Assembly (NCBI GenBank): GCA_003193925.1
Contig: PSPG01000004.1
Location: 64,001-128,000, forward strand
Origin: Candidatus Thalassarchaeum betae
Lineage (GTDB): Archaea > Thermoplasmatota > Poseidoniia > Poseidoniales > Thalassarchaeaceae
DNA length: 64,000 bases
Direction: 5' to 3'
Under the pieces are notes generated by a model. The model searched no databases. It was not told the DNA's origin and saw nothing but the letters and a program-made list of their open reading frames with translations. Positions 55,477 to 64,000 of the stretch are shown here, piece by piece. The first letter of the stretch is position 1. Every line of letters begins with the position of its first letter. The position numbers were made by a program, and so were the translations under genes.

Positions 55477-56262
55477 GTGTCATCTGGGCAGGCCGTGGAA
55501 CGACAGTGCGAGCACGTCCACCTGGAGCACGACGGCAAGCTGTTGCTCGTGGACATGGACGGCAGCGGTCCGGGCATCCCGAAGAAGGGACGCACCGAGT
55601 GGGACGGGGGCGAGTTCCTGCTGAGGCTGCCGACGCCCGACGAGGCTCGGTCGATGGGCCTGACTTGGAAGGAGAGGAGGGTCAATCACTTCCGGCTCGG
55701 CACCGATGACCATCAAGTGACTGTGGCCACGCCCGATATCATGTGGCCGGAGCACTGGGCATGGAAGGACGCGGTCATCAGCGACAGCGCGGTCGATCCG
55801 GTTGCTCGCGAGTCGGTCTACAGGACAATGCACAGGGTCGTCAGCAAGGTCGTCATCACTAATCCGGACGGATGCATCCTGATGGCCAAGGTCACGAGGG
55901 GCTTCTTCACTGGCTGCTGGACGCTACCTGGCGGCTTCGTGGACTACGGCGAGCACCCACGCAAGGGTGCGGAGCGCGAAGCGCTGGAAGAACTGGGGAT
56001 AAGCATCACGATCCCAGATCCCAAGGGGGAATCGGGAGAAGCGGTTTCGGGGGACGACGGCGCACTGATCCAAGAGGCGATATTCCTCCAGGACGGAATC
56101 AACTGGATCTCGTTCACCTATCGCTGCGAGGCCGATATCCCACCTGAAGACATAGTGCCGAAGGATGACGAAATCGAGGAAGCTCGCTGGTTCACGCCTG
56201 AGGAAGCGTTGGACAACGCGGTTTCTCTGTTCGACATCGAAGCGATACTGAGGATCAAATAA
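55477..56262 (+). CDS. NUDIX hydrolase
   Basis: Nudix box GGFVDYGEHPRKGAEREALEELG. Confidence 0.9.
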   Translation: MSSGQAVERQCEHVHLEHDGKLLLVDMDGSGPGIPKKGRTEWDGGEFLLRLPTPDEARSMGLTWKERRVNHFRLGTDDHQVTVATPDIMWPEHWAWKDAVISDSAVDPVARESVYRTMHRVVSKVVITNPDGCILMAKVTRGFFTGCWTLPGGFVDYGEHPRKGAEREALEELGISITIPDPKGESGEAVSGDDGALIQEAIFLQDGINWISFTYRCEADIPPEDIVPKDDEIEEARWFTPEEALDNAVSLFDIEAILRIK

Positions 56263-56281
56263 TTGCAGGCGGTCAATCAAG

Positions 56282-56359
56282 TGGTGGGCCCGCCAGGATT
56301 TGAACCTGGGTCTATTGGTCCCAAACCAACAAGCATAAGCCAGACTAACCCACGGGCCC
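56282..56359 (-). tRNA. tRNA-Pro(TGG), CCA encoded, no intron
   Basis: Reverse complement GGGCCCG...GTTGG-TTTGGGA-CCAAT...GGTTCAAATCC...CGGGCCC-A-CCA. Confidence 0.95.
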
Positions 56360-56396
56360 TGATGTCGTTCCACATGAAGGGCTCGCATGAAGGTTA

Positions 56397-56837
56397 CTAG
56401 AGCCATGACCAACTGTCGGCACTAGCGCGGATGAGCACTCCACCCAACTCGGCCTGACCGAGTATCTGCTCTGCTGAGGGCTCGTCGATGCCCTCCTTCC
56501 CGAGTTCTCTGGACAACGACTTCAGCGTCAGCGTGCCATCACTCCCGGTCGATTGCCGCATGATCCTCTTGATTACCTCCGGACCGCCTCTCGTCACCTC
56601 GGCCACGACACTTCGCCTGCTCTCCTCGGCGGCTGTGCGTGACTCAACCTCTTGGCTGATCTGACGAGGCAGGTTGGAGGCTGCCACAGCCTCGGCCAGC
56701 TGCTCGGTCGAGTGGAACTCCCTGAGGGTCTTGCCCGAACCTGAGGAGCCACAACGGGGGCAATTGGCTATGGCGACCTTTCGAGCGCCGAAGGAGTTGC
56801 CGCACGAGCATTTGACTAGCACCCAAACCCGGTCCAC
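56397..56837 (-). CDS. Hypothetical protein with N-terminal Zn ribbon and probable winged-helix C-terminus
   Basis: VKCSCG...CPRCG; start set at GTG 56837. Confidence 0.7.
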   Translation of the reverse strand: MDRVWVLVKCSCGNSFGARKVAIANCPRCGSSGSGKTLREFHSTEQLAEAVAASNLPRQISQEVESRTAAEESRRSVVAEVTRGGPEVIKRIMRQSTGSDGTLTLKSLSRELGKEGIDEPSAEQILGQAELGGVLIRASADSWSWL

Positions 56838-56931
56838 GGAGGGTCTTGAAAATCCCGGTTCAAGAGGTTGTCTCGGTAGAAAGGCATCATTCCTAGGCCG
56901 ATTTGATGTATCATCGGCCTCTGCGAGGTCC

Positions 56932-57210
56932 ATGCGCAAGCTGCGAATCGCAATCGGATGGGTGCTCGCAGTGGTGCTGATCGGGCTCTCTGCCAACAGC
57001 TTTGCATCAGAGGGTGATCTGACGACTGAGGCATGGGGTTTCCTGCTTCTGACGCCGCTCGCGCTGGCGATAGCGCTCAGTCCTACGGCTCCATGGGAGA
57101 ACGATGCTACCGAGAGCGCTGAGCCCTGGGACGATGAGGATGAGAGTGAGAGCGGGGCGAAGGACGTGCCTGACCCTATCGAGGCTGGCTTCGACGTGCC
57201 GGTCCTGTAA
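56932..57210 (+). CDS. Small two-TM protein with acidic tail
   Basis: MRKLRIAIGWVLAVVLIG..., tail DVPDPIEAGFDVPVL; abuts the aCPSF1 stop. Confidence 0.7.
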   Translation: MRKLRIAIGWVLAVVLIGLSANSFASEGDLTTEAWGFLLLTPLALAIALSPTAPWENDATESAEPWDDEDESESGAKDVPDPIEAGFDVPVL

Positions 57211-59127
57211 TCAGGACAACCGCAGGGTCTCTAGGTTCGCGGGTGCGTAGGTCTGGACCCTGAACTTCTCCCTCAGACCCTGTCGGAAGGCGTTGCAGGT
57301 TTGGGGATCTCCGTGGTGGCAGATTATCTTCCTCGGAGTCGGGTTCAGAGCGTCGACGTAGTCGAATAACTGGTTCCTGTCGGAGTGGCCGCTGAACCCG
57401 TCAATGGTGACCATGTTGCACCTGATGTCGATCATCAGCGTCTGACCCTTGTCCATGATCGGGACCTGTGCGTGACCCTGCTGCAAGCGCCTGCCTAGGG
57501 TTCCGGATGCCTGATAGCCGACGAAGCACAGGGTGTTGCCCGGTTCGGGCGCCCAGTGTTTGAAATACTCAACGATAGGGCCGCCCGTCATCATTCCGCT
57601 GGTCGCGAGGACGATGGACGGGTTGGGATCGAGGAGGAGGGAGTCGCGCTGCTCCCTCGAGTCAACCTGCTTGAACCACGAAGAATTGAACGGATTCTCG
57701 GCCCCCCCCTTGAGCATCTGCCTGCGAAGATCACGATTCAGGAAATTCGGGTGGCTCGTGTGAATCGCGGTGGCTTCGGATATCATCCCGTCCAGCCAGA
57801 CGGTGACAGGCTTCACTTTGCCCGACTTGAACAACTGGTCGATTGCTATCATTACCTCCTGTGAGCGGCCCACTGCGAAGACAGGGCAGAATATCTTGCC
57901 ACCCCGGCCGACTGCATCCTGAATCAGGTCATGCAGCTCGTGGGTCGCCTGCTGCCTAGTGGGCTGCACGTCCTGGGGTCCGCCGTATGTCGACTCTATC
58001 ACGAGCGTCTCGACCTTGGGGAACCTCACAGTTGCAGCGTCGAACAGCCACGATTTCTCGTACTTGATGTCACCGGAGAAGAGCAGCTTGTGCTCGCCCT
58101 TGCCCTCGCCTATCTGCATGTAAACGCTGGATGAACCGAGGATGTGCCCGGCGTTCTCCATGGTCATCTTGATGTCAGGGGCTATGTCTGTCTTGTCACC
58201 CCAGTTGACATCGATGACGTGCTTGATGCACTCCTGGATGTCGGCCTTGGAGTAGGGTGCCTCGTTGCCCTCTGCCTGTGCGACCTTGATGTAGTCTATC
58301 TGCAGGAGTGTCATCAGGTCCCTAGTCGGAGGGGTGCAGTACACCGGACCCGTGTAGCCATACTTGAACAGGACCGGGAGCATCCCAATGTGGTCGATGT
58401 GGGCATGGGTGATCACAACCGCGTCGAGATTCTCGAGCGGTAGCAACTCTGGCGCGGCGAAGAAGGGCTCGACCTCGCTACGATTGGTAGTGGGCTTGGC
58501 GCCGCAGTCGACCAGCACCTTGGACTCGTTCGTGGTCACCAGGTGCATGGACCTGCCAACTTCACGATAGGAGCCTAGAGCAGTGACTCGTACCCAAGGC
58601 TCGCCGAGTCGCTGGGTGCGGTATATCCGAGTCCCGAACTTCCTGAGCAGGGACTTCCTCTCGTCAGCCAGCTCCTTGCGATAGCGTCGGATGTCATGCT
58701 GGGTTCGGCTCCCTATAGCTGGAGCCCTGACGACATCGACCAACCAGCCTATCTGGTCCCTCAGGGCACGCACGTTAGAGCCCTTGGGGCCGACGGCAGA
58801 AGATGGATCGTCACACTCGAGTACAACTTGACTGAGAGCTGGGTCGAGCCAAATTTTGCGGACTTCTGCCTCGGCCGGAATCATCTGAGCGACAGCGTCG
58901 TGCACGGCCTTCTCGTCAGCTAGGATTTCACTGTGGGGCCTGATTACGACGCGTCGCTTGATTGTCTTGGCTATTCTCACGGTAAGATTGTTCCCTGAGC
59001 CTCCGAAGGCTGCGGGCTGCTTCGTCACGATGGCGATCGAACCCGCCTCGACATCGACCTCGTAGTCGACGTCGTCTGGTATCATCTTGGAGATCTTCTT
59101 CTTCAGCTCACTGAGCGTCAGGCGCAT
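57211..59127 (-). CDS. fttA: Beta-CASP ribonuclease aCPSF1 / termination factor FttA
   Basis: N-terminal KH domains, LG.YREVGRS, THAHIDH, AGHILGS, IESTYG, GFSGHSD; downstream of psmB. Confidence 0.95.
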   Translation of the reverse strand: MRLTLSELKKKISKMIPDDVDYEVDVEAGSIAIVTKQPAAFGGSGNNLTVRIAKTIKRRVVIRPHSEILADEKAVHDAVAQMIPAEAEVRKIWLDPALSQVVLECDDPSSAVGPKGSNVRALRDQIGWLVDVVRAPAIGSRTQHDIRRYRKELADERKSLLRKFGTRIYRTQRLGEPWVRVTALGSYREVGRSMHLVTTNESKVLVDCGAKPTTNRSEVEPFFAAPELLPLENLDAVVITHAHIDHIGMLPVLFKYGYTGPVYCTPPTRDLMTLLQIDYIKVAQAEGNEAPYSKADIQECIKHVIDVNWGDKTDIAPDIKMTMENAGHILGSSSVYMQIGEGKGEHKLLFSGDIKYEKSWLFDAATVRFPKVETLVIESTYGGPQDVQPTRQQATHELHDLIQDAVGRGGKIFCPVFAVGRSQEVMIAIDQLFKSGKVKPVTVWLDGMISEATAIHTSHPNFLNRDLRRQMLKGGAENPFNSSWFKQVDSREQRDSLLLDPNPSIVLATSGMMTGGPIVEYFKHWAPEPGNTLCFVGYQASGTLGRRLQQGHAQVPIMDKGQTLMIDIRCNMVTIDGFSGHSDRNQLFDYVDALNPTPRKIICHHGDPQTCNAFRQGLREKFRVQTYAPANLETLRLS

Positions 59128-59205
59128 TCATTCACTTCCCTAGTAAACTCACGGCAGTACTTGTCTCCCCGAGAATGGGGGGCTGGCACTTGGCCGGGAG
59201 TGGAA

Positions 59206-59841
59206 TCAGATTCCGGATAAGAGGGCAGAGACCTCGTCTTCGGAGAGCAGGCAGAACCCGTCGCCGCTTGTGATGACGGCTAGGTCCATGCCATTGCCGC
59301 TCGCAGAGTCGCGCTGAGCGGATGCGAGCAGGGCCTTCGCTGCGACCTTGAGGGCCTCATCCCGGGACATTCCCTCGGAGAACTGGTCCTCAAGGACGCC
59401 GTACATGAAGGGGCTTCCCGAGCCAGTGGCGCAGTATATGTCTGGAATCGAGCCGCCGGCGGAGTCAATGCTGTACACGCTAGGCCCGGAGTCGTCGACT
59501 CCGACAATCAGGATCTGGACGTAGTGGGCGCGACCGGCAAGGATGTTAGCAGTCAGTGTAGCAGCCCCCTTGACAGTCATCGAAGTGCCGTGCTTGAGCT
59601 CGTAAAGGCGCAACTCGGCGACGAGTGTCCGCGAGAGTGACTGAGCGTGACCGACGAGGCCGGCGGTAGTCAGAGCGATCGAGTTGGAGATGCGAAACAG
59701 TTTCTGAACGCGCTTGTTGACGATGAAGTGGCCCATGGTGGCCCTGTGGTCGGCGCCAACTACGACTCCGCCATCGAAAGTGAGGCCTAAGGTGCTGGTG
59801 CCCGTCCTCACTACATCTGCGGTCTCGTTCATCGAAGTCAC
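59206..59841 (-). CDS. psmB: 20S proteasome beta subunit
   Basis: Propeptide ...RTG|TSTLG, GADHRAT.G, ATGSGS, RDSASG. Confidence 0.96.
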   Translation of the reverse strand: MTSMNETADVVRTGTSTLGLTFDGGVVVGADHRATMGHFIVNKRVQKLFRISNSIALTTAGLVGHAQSLSRTLVAELRLYELKHGTSMTVKGAATLTANILAGRAHYVQILIVGVDDSGPSVYSIDSAGGSIPDIYCATGSGSPFMYGVLEDQFSEGMSRDEALKVAAKALLASAQRDSASGNGMDLAVITSGDGFCLLSEDEVSALLSGI

Positions 59842-59997
59842 CTGCTGCGGCGAAGTCCCCAGCGAACCCGACTCGATTCGGGCCCCTTATCAATGCGACG
59901 GGGAAGGAGGCTGGATTATCATTCAAAGCGCCGCAAACCACTTTTCCTCGCCAGTGCGGACCGCAGAAGTCAAGGCACGTGGTTCAGGCGATTGGGC

Positions 59998-60411
59998 GTG
60001 GCCAAGGATGAGGACAGAGGCCCACGCTGGATAGAGATGCCCAGCGTGCCTGAGGATACCGGCACGGCCGTGGAGCCGGGACAGGACTACCACGACCTGG
60101 GCGTTCGGTACCCCGATGCACCCGTCTCGCGAGGCGTGGGCGACGCGATAGTCCACCGTGCCGTGCTTGACGATATCACCGGGGTTCCCATGGTGATGGA
60201 CTGGGTCTCCGACGGGGATCTCGTGATCGTCGAGATGAGCAGGCTCCTAAGCAGGGAGCTCGAGCTACAGACCGCGGTCGAGAGGATAAGGTGCTTCGTC
60301 GAGGACGACTTGTCAGGCGAGGTTGTCAGGCTGGGGGACTCGAGGCTGCTTCTGCTACCTGTGAACTTCAAGAGCACACGCAAGTCCGAGGACCGTCCCC
60401 TGTACCTCTGA
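59998..60411 (+). CDS. sepF: SepF-like (DUF552) cell division protein; start uncertain
   Basis: GDLVIVE...L...VERI...GEV..LG..RLLLLP; upstream of ZPR1 as commonly seen in archaea. Confidence 0.78.
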   Translation: MAKDEDRGPRWIEMPSVPEDTGTAVEPGQDYHDLGVRYPDAPVSRGVGDAIVHRAVLDDITGVPMVMDWVSDGDLVIVEMSRLLSRELELQTAVERIRCFVEDDLSGEVVRLGDSRLLLLPVNFKSTRKSEDRPLYL

Positions 60412-60420
60412 GGTGGCTCG

Positions 60421-61020
60421 ATGGAAAGCACGATCGAGCAGCCCTGCCCGGTTTGCTCCTCAGACGCTGGTCTGACGATGATCGCGCGCACATCTGAGAT
60501 TCCGTATTTCGGGGAGCATACCCAACTCACCATACTGTGCGACGCGTGTGGGTGGAAGCACACCGACTTCATCCCGGCAGAGGGCACGAAGCCGGGAGCC
60601 TGCACGATGCTCATCGACTCGCCCGGGCACATGACTGCTAGAGTCGTGCGCTCCCCCTCGTGCACTGTCAGGCTGGTGGAACTTGACCTCGAGGTCAAAC
60701 CGGGTGTCAGCTCCACCGGGTATATCTCTAACGTCGAGGGCGTGTTCAACAGGTTCGAAGATGCCATCAGCATGCTCCAGAGGCAGGCCATGAGCGAGCA
60801 CGAAGGCAGTCAGGCGGCCGCTGAATGCGCCGCTCTACTAAATGAGATGGCTCGCATCAAAGCCGGGCAATCGAGTGTCGAGCTCGTCCTGCTAGACCCC
60901 ATGGGGCACAGCCAGATACTGCATGAGGATGCGGTCTCCCGCGAGTTGAGAGAGGAGGAGATGGAAGTCCTGTCAACCGGGCCTTCGGTTCCAGTATTCG
61001 ACGCTGGAGACCTAGCCTAG
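60421..61020 (+). CDS. ZPR1 zinc-finger protein
   Basis: CPVC, IPYFGE, CDACG, GYISNVEG, DPMGHS.I. Confidence 0.93.
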   Translation: MESTIEQPCPVCSSDAGLTMIARTSEIPYFGEHTQLTILCDACGWKHTDFIPAEGTKPGACTMLIDSPGHMTARVVRSPSCTVRLVELDLEVKPGVSSTGYISNVEGVFNRFEDAISMLQRQAMSEHEGSQAAAECAALLNEMARIKAGQSSVELVLLDPMGHSQILHEDAVSRELREEEMEVLSTGPSVPVFDAGDLA

Positions 61021-62396
61021 ACTGCGTCGGGAGCTAGGAACTCGTCCAGCCTGTCCGCCCACATCTCCCTGCGCTCAGCCAGCTCGGTCAGCCACTCGGC
61101 GGCACTGTCGATGCAGACCTGCTTGATCTCACCCGCGAGCATCCTGCCACTCTCGTACTCGCTCCTGATCTCGGCTAGAGTGCCGTCATCGGACTCGAAG
61201 AAGAACTGCAGATACTGGAAAGCGACGTCCTTGGAGCAGTCCCCACCGAGCCTGCGGTGCTCCTCTGTGGTGGGCTGACCGCCGCTTAACGACCTCTGTA
61301 CCTTCCTCTCCATGTCCTCGATGCTCTCGTCCATGAAGATGGTAGTCTCGGGTTGCGAGGACGACATTTTGTCGCCGGTCATCCCGACTGCGAAACGGTG
61401 GTAGGTCGAGCATGGCGGCATCAGGCCCATTCCGCCCATCTCGCGCTCCAGCGTGAGCATGCGCATGCGCACGCGGGCGCGATCATCAAGCGCGGCACCA
61501 GGGATGTCCAACGTGCCGTACTTGGGGTTGGAGATGATGTCAGCGTATCCGAGAGGGGCGAGGGCCTGTGCCATGCGCTCGAAGACCGAATCCCGGACTG
61601 CTGAGTCGACTTGGCCTCCGGAGACTCCGAGAGCCGTCTGATTGTCCTCCTGGACGGACAATGAGACGGTCAGACCACCTTCCGTTCGCTGCTTGACGTT
61701 GAACCAGTGTGTCTTGCCGGCTATCCCTCTAGTGAGCCTGAGGTGCGGGTCCTGGTCGATGCCGACCGGGACCACTATCGGGCGGAGCCCGCCGTAGTCG
61801 TCGAGCTGGGGATGAATGATATCACCGACTTGTACCAGCGGTGCCTGCACGTGCGCGAGGTTGGTCCCACCGCTGAATCCGTAGATGGCCTCGAACTCTG
61901 AGAGGTTGGTCCTCCTACCGAGTGTGAATGCGAGCCTCTGCACCGCTGGCCGGGAGCTCTGGAAGTAGACGTTGGTGACATCGGGGTCGAGGCCGAGAGC
62001 AGCGTAGTTGTGGACATACTCGTTGATGGCCGTATCCCGTCCGTCCTTCAGCGAGGTGCCCCTGGTAGCGAGCGCCTCCAAGTCGGCCACTGTGACAGTG
62101 ATGTCGGCCCCTTGCTCCTGAAACCACCTGACTTGGTCGATCACCATCGAGTGGCCGAGGTGCATCCTGCCGCTGGGCATCAGACCAGTCAGTACCCCGA
62201 AGGGTTCGCTCCTCTGCATGCAGCCGAGCACGACATCGAGGTCGCGGTGGGCGAAAACGATGCCTCGGCGATGCAGCATCCCGGGATTGGGCAGCACCGA
62301 GGGGTCAACTGTGCCGAGTCCGAACTGCTCGATTAACCTCGCATAGTCATGCGTCTGGTCGGACGACCAGGGGTCGATGCGTTCGCCACCCGCCAC
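61017..62396 (-). CDS. trpS: Tryptophan--tRNA ligase (archaeal type)
   Basis: IDPW, RRGI.FAHRD, PSG.MHLGH, VPVG.DQDPH, KMSSS, GGQ.T.EEHR. Confidence 0.96.
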   Translation of the reverse strand: MAGGERIDPWSSDQTHDYARLIEQFGLGTVDPSVLPNPGMLHRRGIVFAHRDLDVVLGCMQRSEPFGVLTGLMPSGRMHLGHSMVIDQVRWFQEQGADITVTVADLEALATRGTSLKDGRDTAINEYVHNYAALGLDPDVTNVYFQSSRPAVQRLAFTLGRRTNLSEFEAIYGFSGGTNLAHVQAPLVQVGDIIHPQLDDYGGLRPIVVPVGIDQDPHLRLTRGIAGKTHWFNVKQRTEGGLTVSLSVQEDNQTALGVSGGQVDSAVRDSVFERMAQALAPLGYADIISNPKYGTLDIPGAALDDRARVRMRMLTLEREMGGMGLMPPCSTYHRFAVGMTGDKMSSSQPETTIFMDESIEDMERKVQRSLSGGQPTTEEHRRLGGDCSKDVAFQYLQFFFESDDGTLAEIRSEYESGRMLAGEIKQVCIDSAAEWLTELAERREMWADRLDEFLAPDAV

Positions 62397-62494
62397 GGTT
62401 CGTGGCCTGCAATACCCTCAATCAAGGCATCGCCCCTCGAAGGTGCCAGGTGGCGAACCGTTAGACCGAAGACCTCAGCCGTCTTCGCAGCCCC

Positions 62495-63556
62495 GTGGCA
62501 TCGATTCACTGCCTCGGGGCCGGCCTCGTCGGATCCTATGTCGCATGCAGGCTCGCCGACAGGGGGCACGAAGTCCACGTTCACGACATGAACCCCCAAT
62601 CGAGCGTCGTCGTCCACAAGGACATCACTATCCACCACGGCGATGCGCTCGATCACTGCGGGGAATTGTACGAGTTCGGGCAGGTCGACATCGTCGTCAA
62701 CATGCTGCCCGGTGAGATAGGGAAAATCGCAATGAACACCCTCAACGAGCAGCGCTACCGGACGGTTGACCTCAGTTTCAGCGACGACACCCCCGACCGC
62801 CATGACGAGAAGGCCAGGGACTGGGGTGCGAGTATCCTGTGGGACGTCGGGATAGCACCCGGCCTGTCGAACATGCTACTGGCCGAGGCCTATCGCAAAC
62901 TCGGCCCCTTAGCCAAGGGCGAGGTCAGGGTCGGGGGCAATCCGACCGGGCCGACGCAGGGCTGGAACTACATGGCCCCGTTCTCGCCCAAGGATGTCAT
63001 AGCAGAGTACACGAGGCCGGCGAGAGTCATCAGGGACTCCGAGGAAGTTGTCCTTCCGCCGCTGTCTGAGCGTCACATGATCGAAGTCCCCGAGCACGGC
63101 CAGATGGAGGCCTTCCTGACCGATGGGCTGCGCAGCGTGCTAAGCTCGATCCCCGCGGTCGAGATGTCGGAGTACACCATCCGCTGGCCTGGGCACATAC
63201 AGAAGTTCATCGACCAGAGGGACGCGGGGACCCTCGATGAGAATGAACTGCTCCACCACTGGTGGTACGACCACAAGACACCTGAGTTTACCTGGATGGA
63301 AGTCCGAGCCGAGGGTCACGATGGTTCTGAGATGGTTTGGAGGGTTGCTGACTACGGCGGTGATGATGGCTCGTCGATGGCACGCAGCACCGGCATGGTG
63401 ACCGTGTGCTGCGTCGAGGAGTGGCTGGCCGACCCCGACATGCTTCCACTCGGAGTGCACGCGCCCGAGACCCTAGCTCCCGAGGTGGTCGGGCGCATCA
63501 TCGATACCATGCGCTCGGAGGGAGTGAGAATAGAGGGGCCCGAGATAGGTTCCTGA
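62495..63556 (+). CDS. Saccharopine dehydrogenase / lysine 6-dehydrogenase family protein
   Basis: LGAGLVG, VDLS, G.APGLSN, EY..PA, EAF.TDG, T.RWPGH, MARSTG. Confidence 0.87.
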   Translation: MASIHCLGAGLVGSYVACRLADRGHEVHVHDMNPQSSVVVHKDITIHHGDALDHCGELYEFGQVDIVVNMLPGEIGKIAMNTLNEQRYRTVDLSFSDDTPDRHDEKARDWGASILWDVGIAPGLSNMLLAEAYRKLGPLAKGEVRVGGNPTGPTQGWNYMAPFSPKDVIAEYTRPARVIRDSEEVVLPPLSERHMIEVPEHGQMEAFLTDGLRSVLSSIPAVEMSEYTIRWPGHIQKFIDQRDAGTLDENELLHHWWYDHKTPEFTWMEVRAEGHDGSEMVWRVADYGGDDGSSMARSTGMVTVCCVEEWLADPDMLPLGVHAPETLAPEVVGRIIDTMRSEGVRIEGPEIGS

Positions 63557-64000
63557 CTACCTCTCCTCGGCATCCCTCATCGTCCGGTCGCGATTGACCA
63601 GCCACCTGATAGTCACTGGGGTTGCCACCAAGACGCAGATTGCGATTACCGGCAGCGCCCAATTCATCTCGATCTCCGCCGGTCGCTCGATGAGCCATGT
63701 GAACACGAGATCGGAATCGTGGAAGTCGGAGGACCAGTGGAACAGGTTGGTAGTGTGGTGACCGACGACGGTGATGGCGTGATGCAGTCCGTTGAAGGTC
63801 GTCAGAGGCTGAATATCCAAGCGAGTGGGCTCGGATTCGAAGCTCACCTTCGCGGTATTGCCGGCGGACAAGGTCAGCAATATCCCACCCTCCACCGAAC
63901 GCCAGCCTTCGCGTAGCACCTTGTCGGAGGCATTAAGCTCAGGAAACGGAGTGTCGTCGAAGCGCGTCACAGAGGTGATCGGAGAGTCGCTCTGGATGTC
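63557..64000 (-). CDS. Hypothetical protein with C-terminal TM; 5'-partial
   Basis: Frame is open to the window edge; C-terminal TM WALPVIAICVLVATPVTI. Confidence 0.7.
   Translation of the reverse strand, partial: DIQSDSPITSVTRFDDTPFPELNASDKVLREGWRSVEGGILLTLSAGNTAKVSFESEPTRLDIQPLTTFNGLHHAITVVGHHTTNLFHWSSDFHDSDLVFTWLIERPAEIEMNWALPVIAICVLVATPVTIRWLVNRDRTMRDAEER

Noticed and set aside
1-64000. CRISPR arrays, IS elements, rRNA, inteins and the many short antisense ORFs
   Set aside because: No repeat-spacer pattern, transposase, rRNA or intein signature seen; short ORFs lie within well-supported genes

Overview
Gene-dense archaeal chromosomal segment with no integrase, transposase or CRISPR array. 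Archaeal markers include S17e/L31e/L39e/S19e, proteasome beta, aCPSF1, tRNA-intron endonuclease, Kae1, geranylgeranyl reductase and 7S SRP RNA. These occur with many bacterial-type heterotrophy genes (hut, pntAB, class 2 PyrD, M6 protease, RND transporter), which best fits marine Thermoplasmatota (Marine Group II/Poseidoniales); the taxonomy is an inference. About 65 CDS, tRNA-Val(GAC), tRNA-Pro(TGG) and SRP RNA are supported. Three genes missing from the ORF track were read by hand: L39e, a 51-aa Zn-ribbon protein and a 55-aa two-TM protein. Best leads: (1) a tightly packed unit of a CxCH exported protein, a TatC carrying an extra Cys-rich domain and an M6 protease; (2) an RHH-led folE-queE-queC-msrB-queD operon with a perfect operator-like palindrome and a QueC lacking its Zn cysteines; (3) probable CTG start codons in pntA2 and mqnC; (4) a flavin reductase/micro-membrane protein/PqqD-like trio. 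All calls come from motif recognition by eye; no database searches were run.
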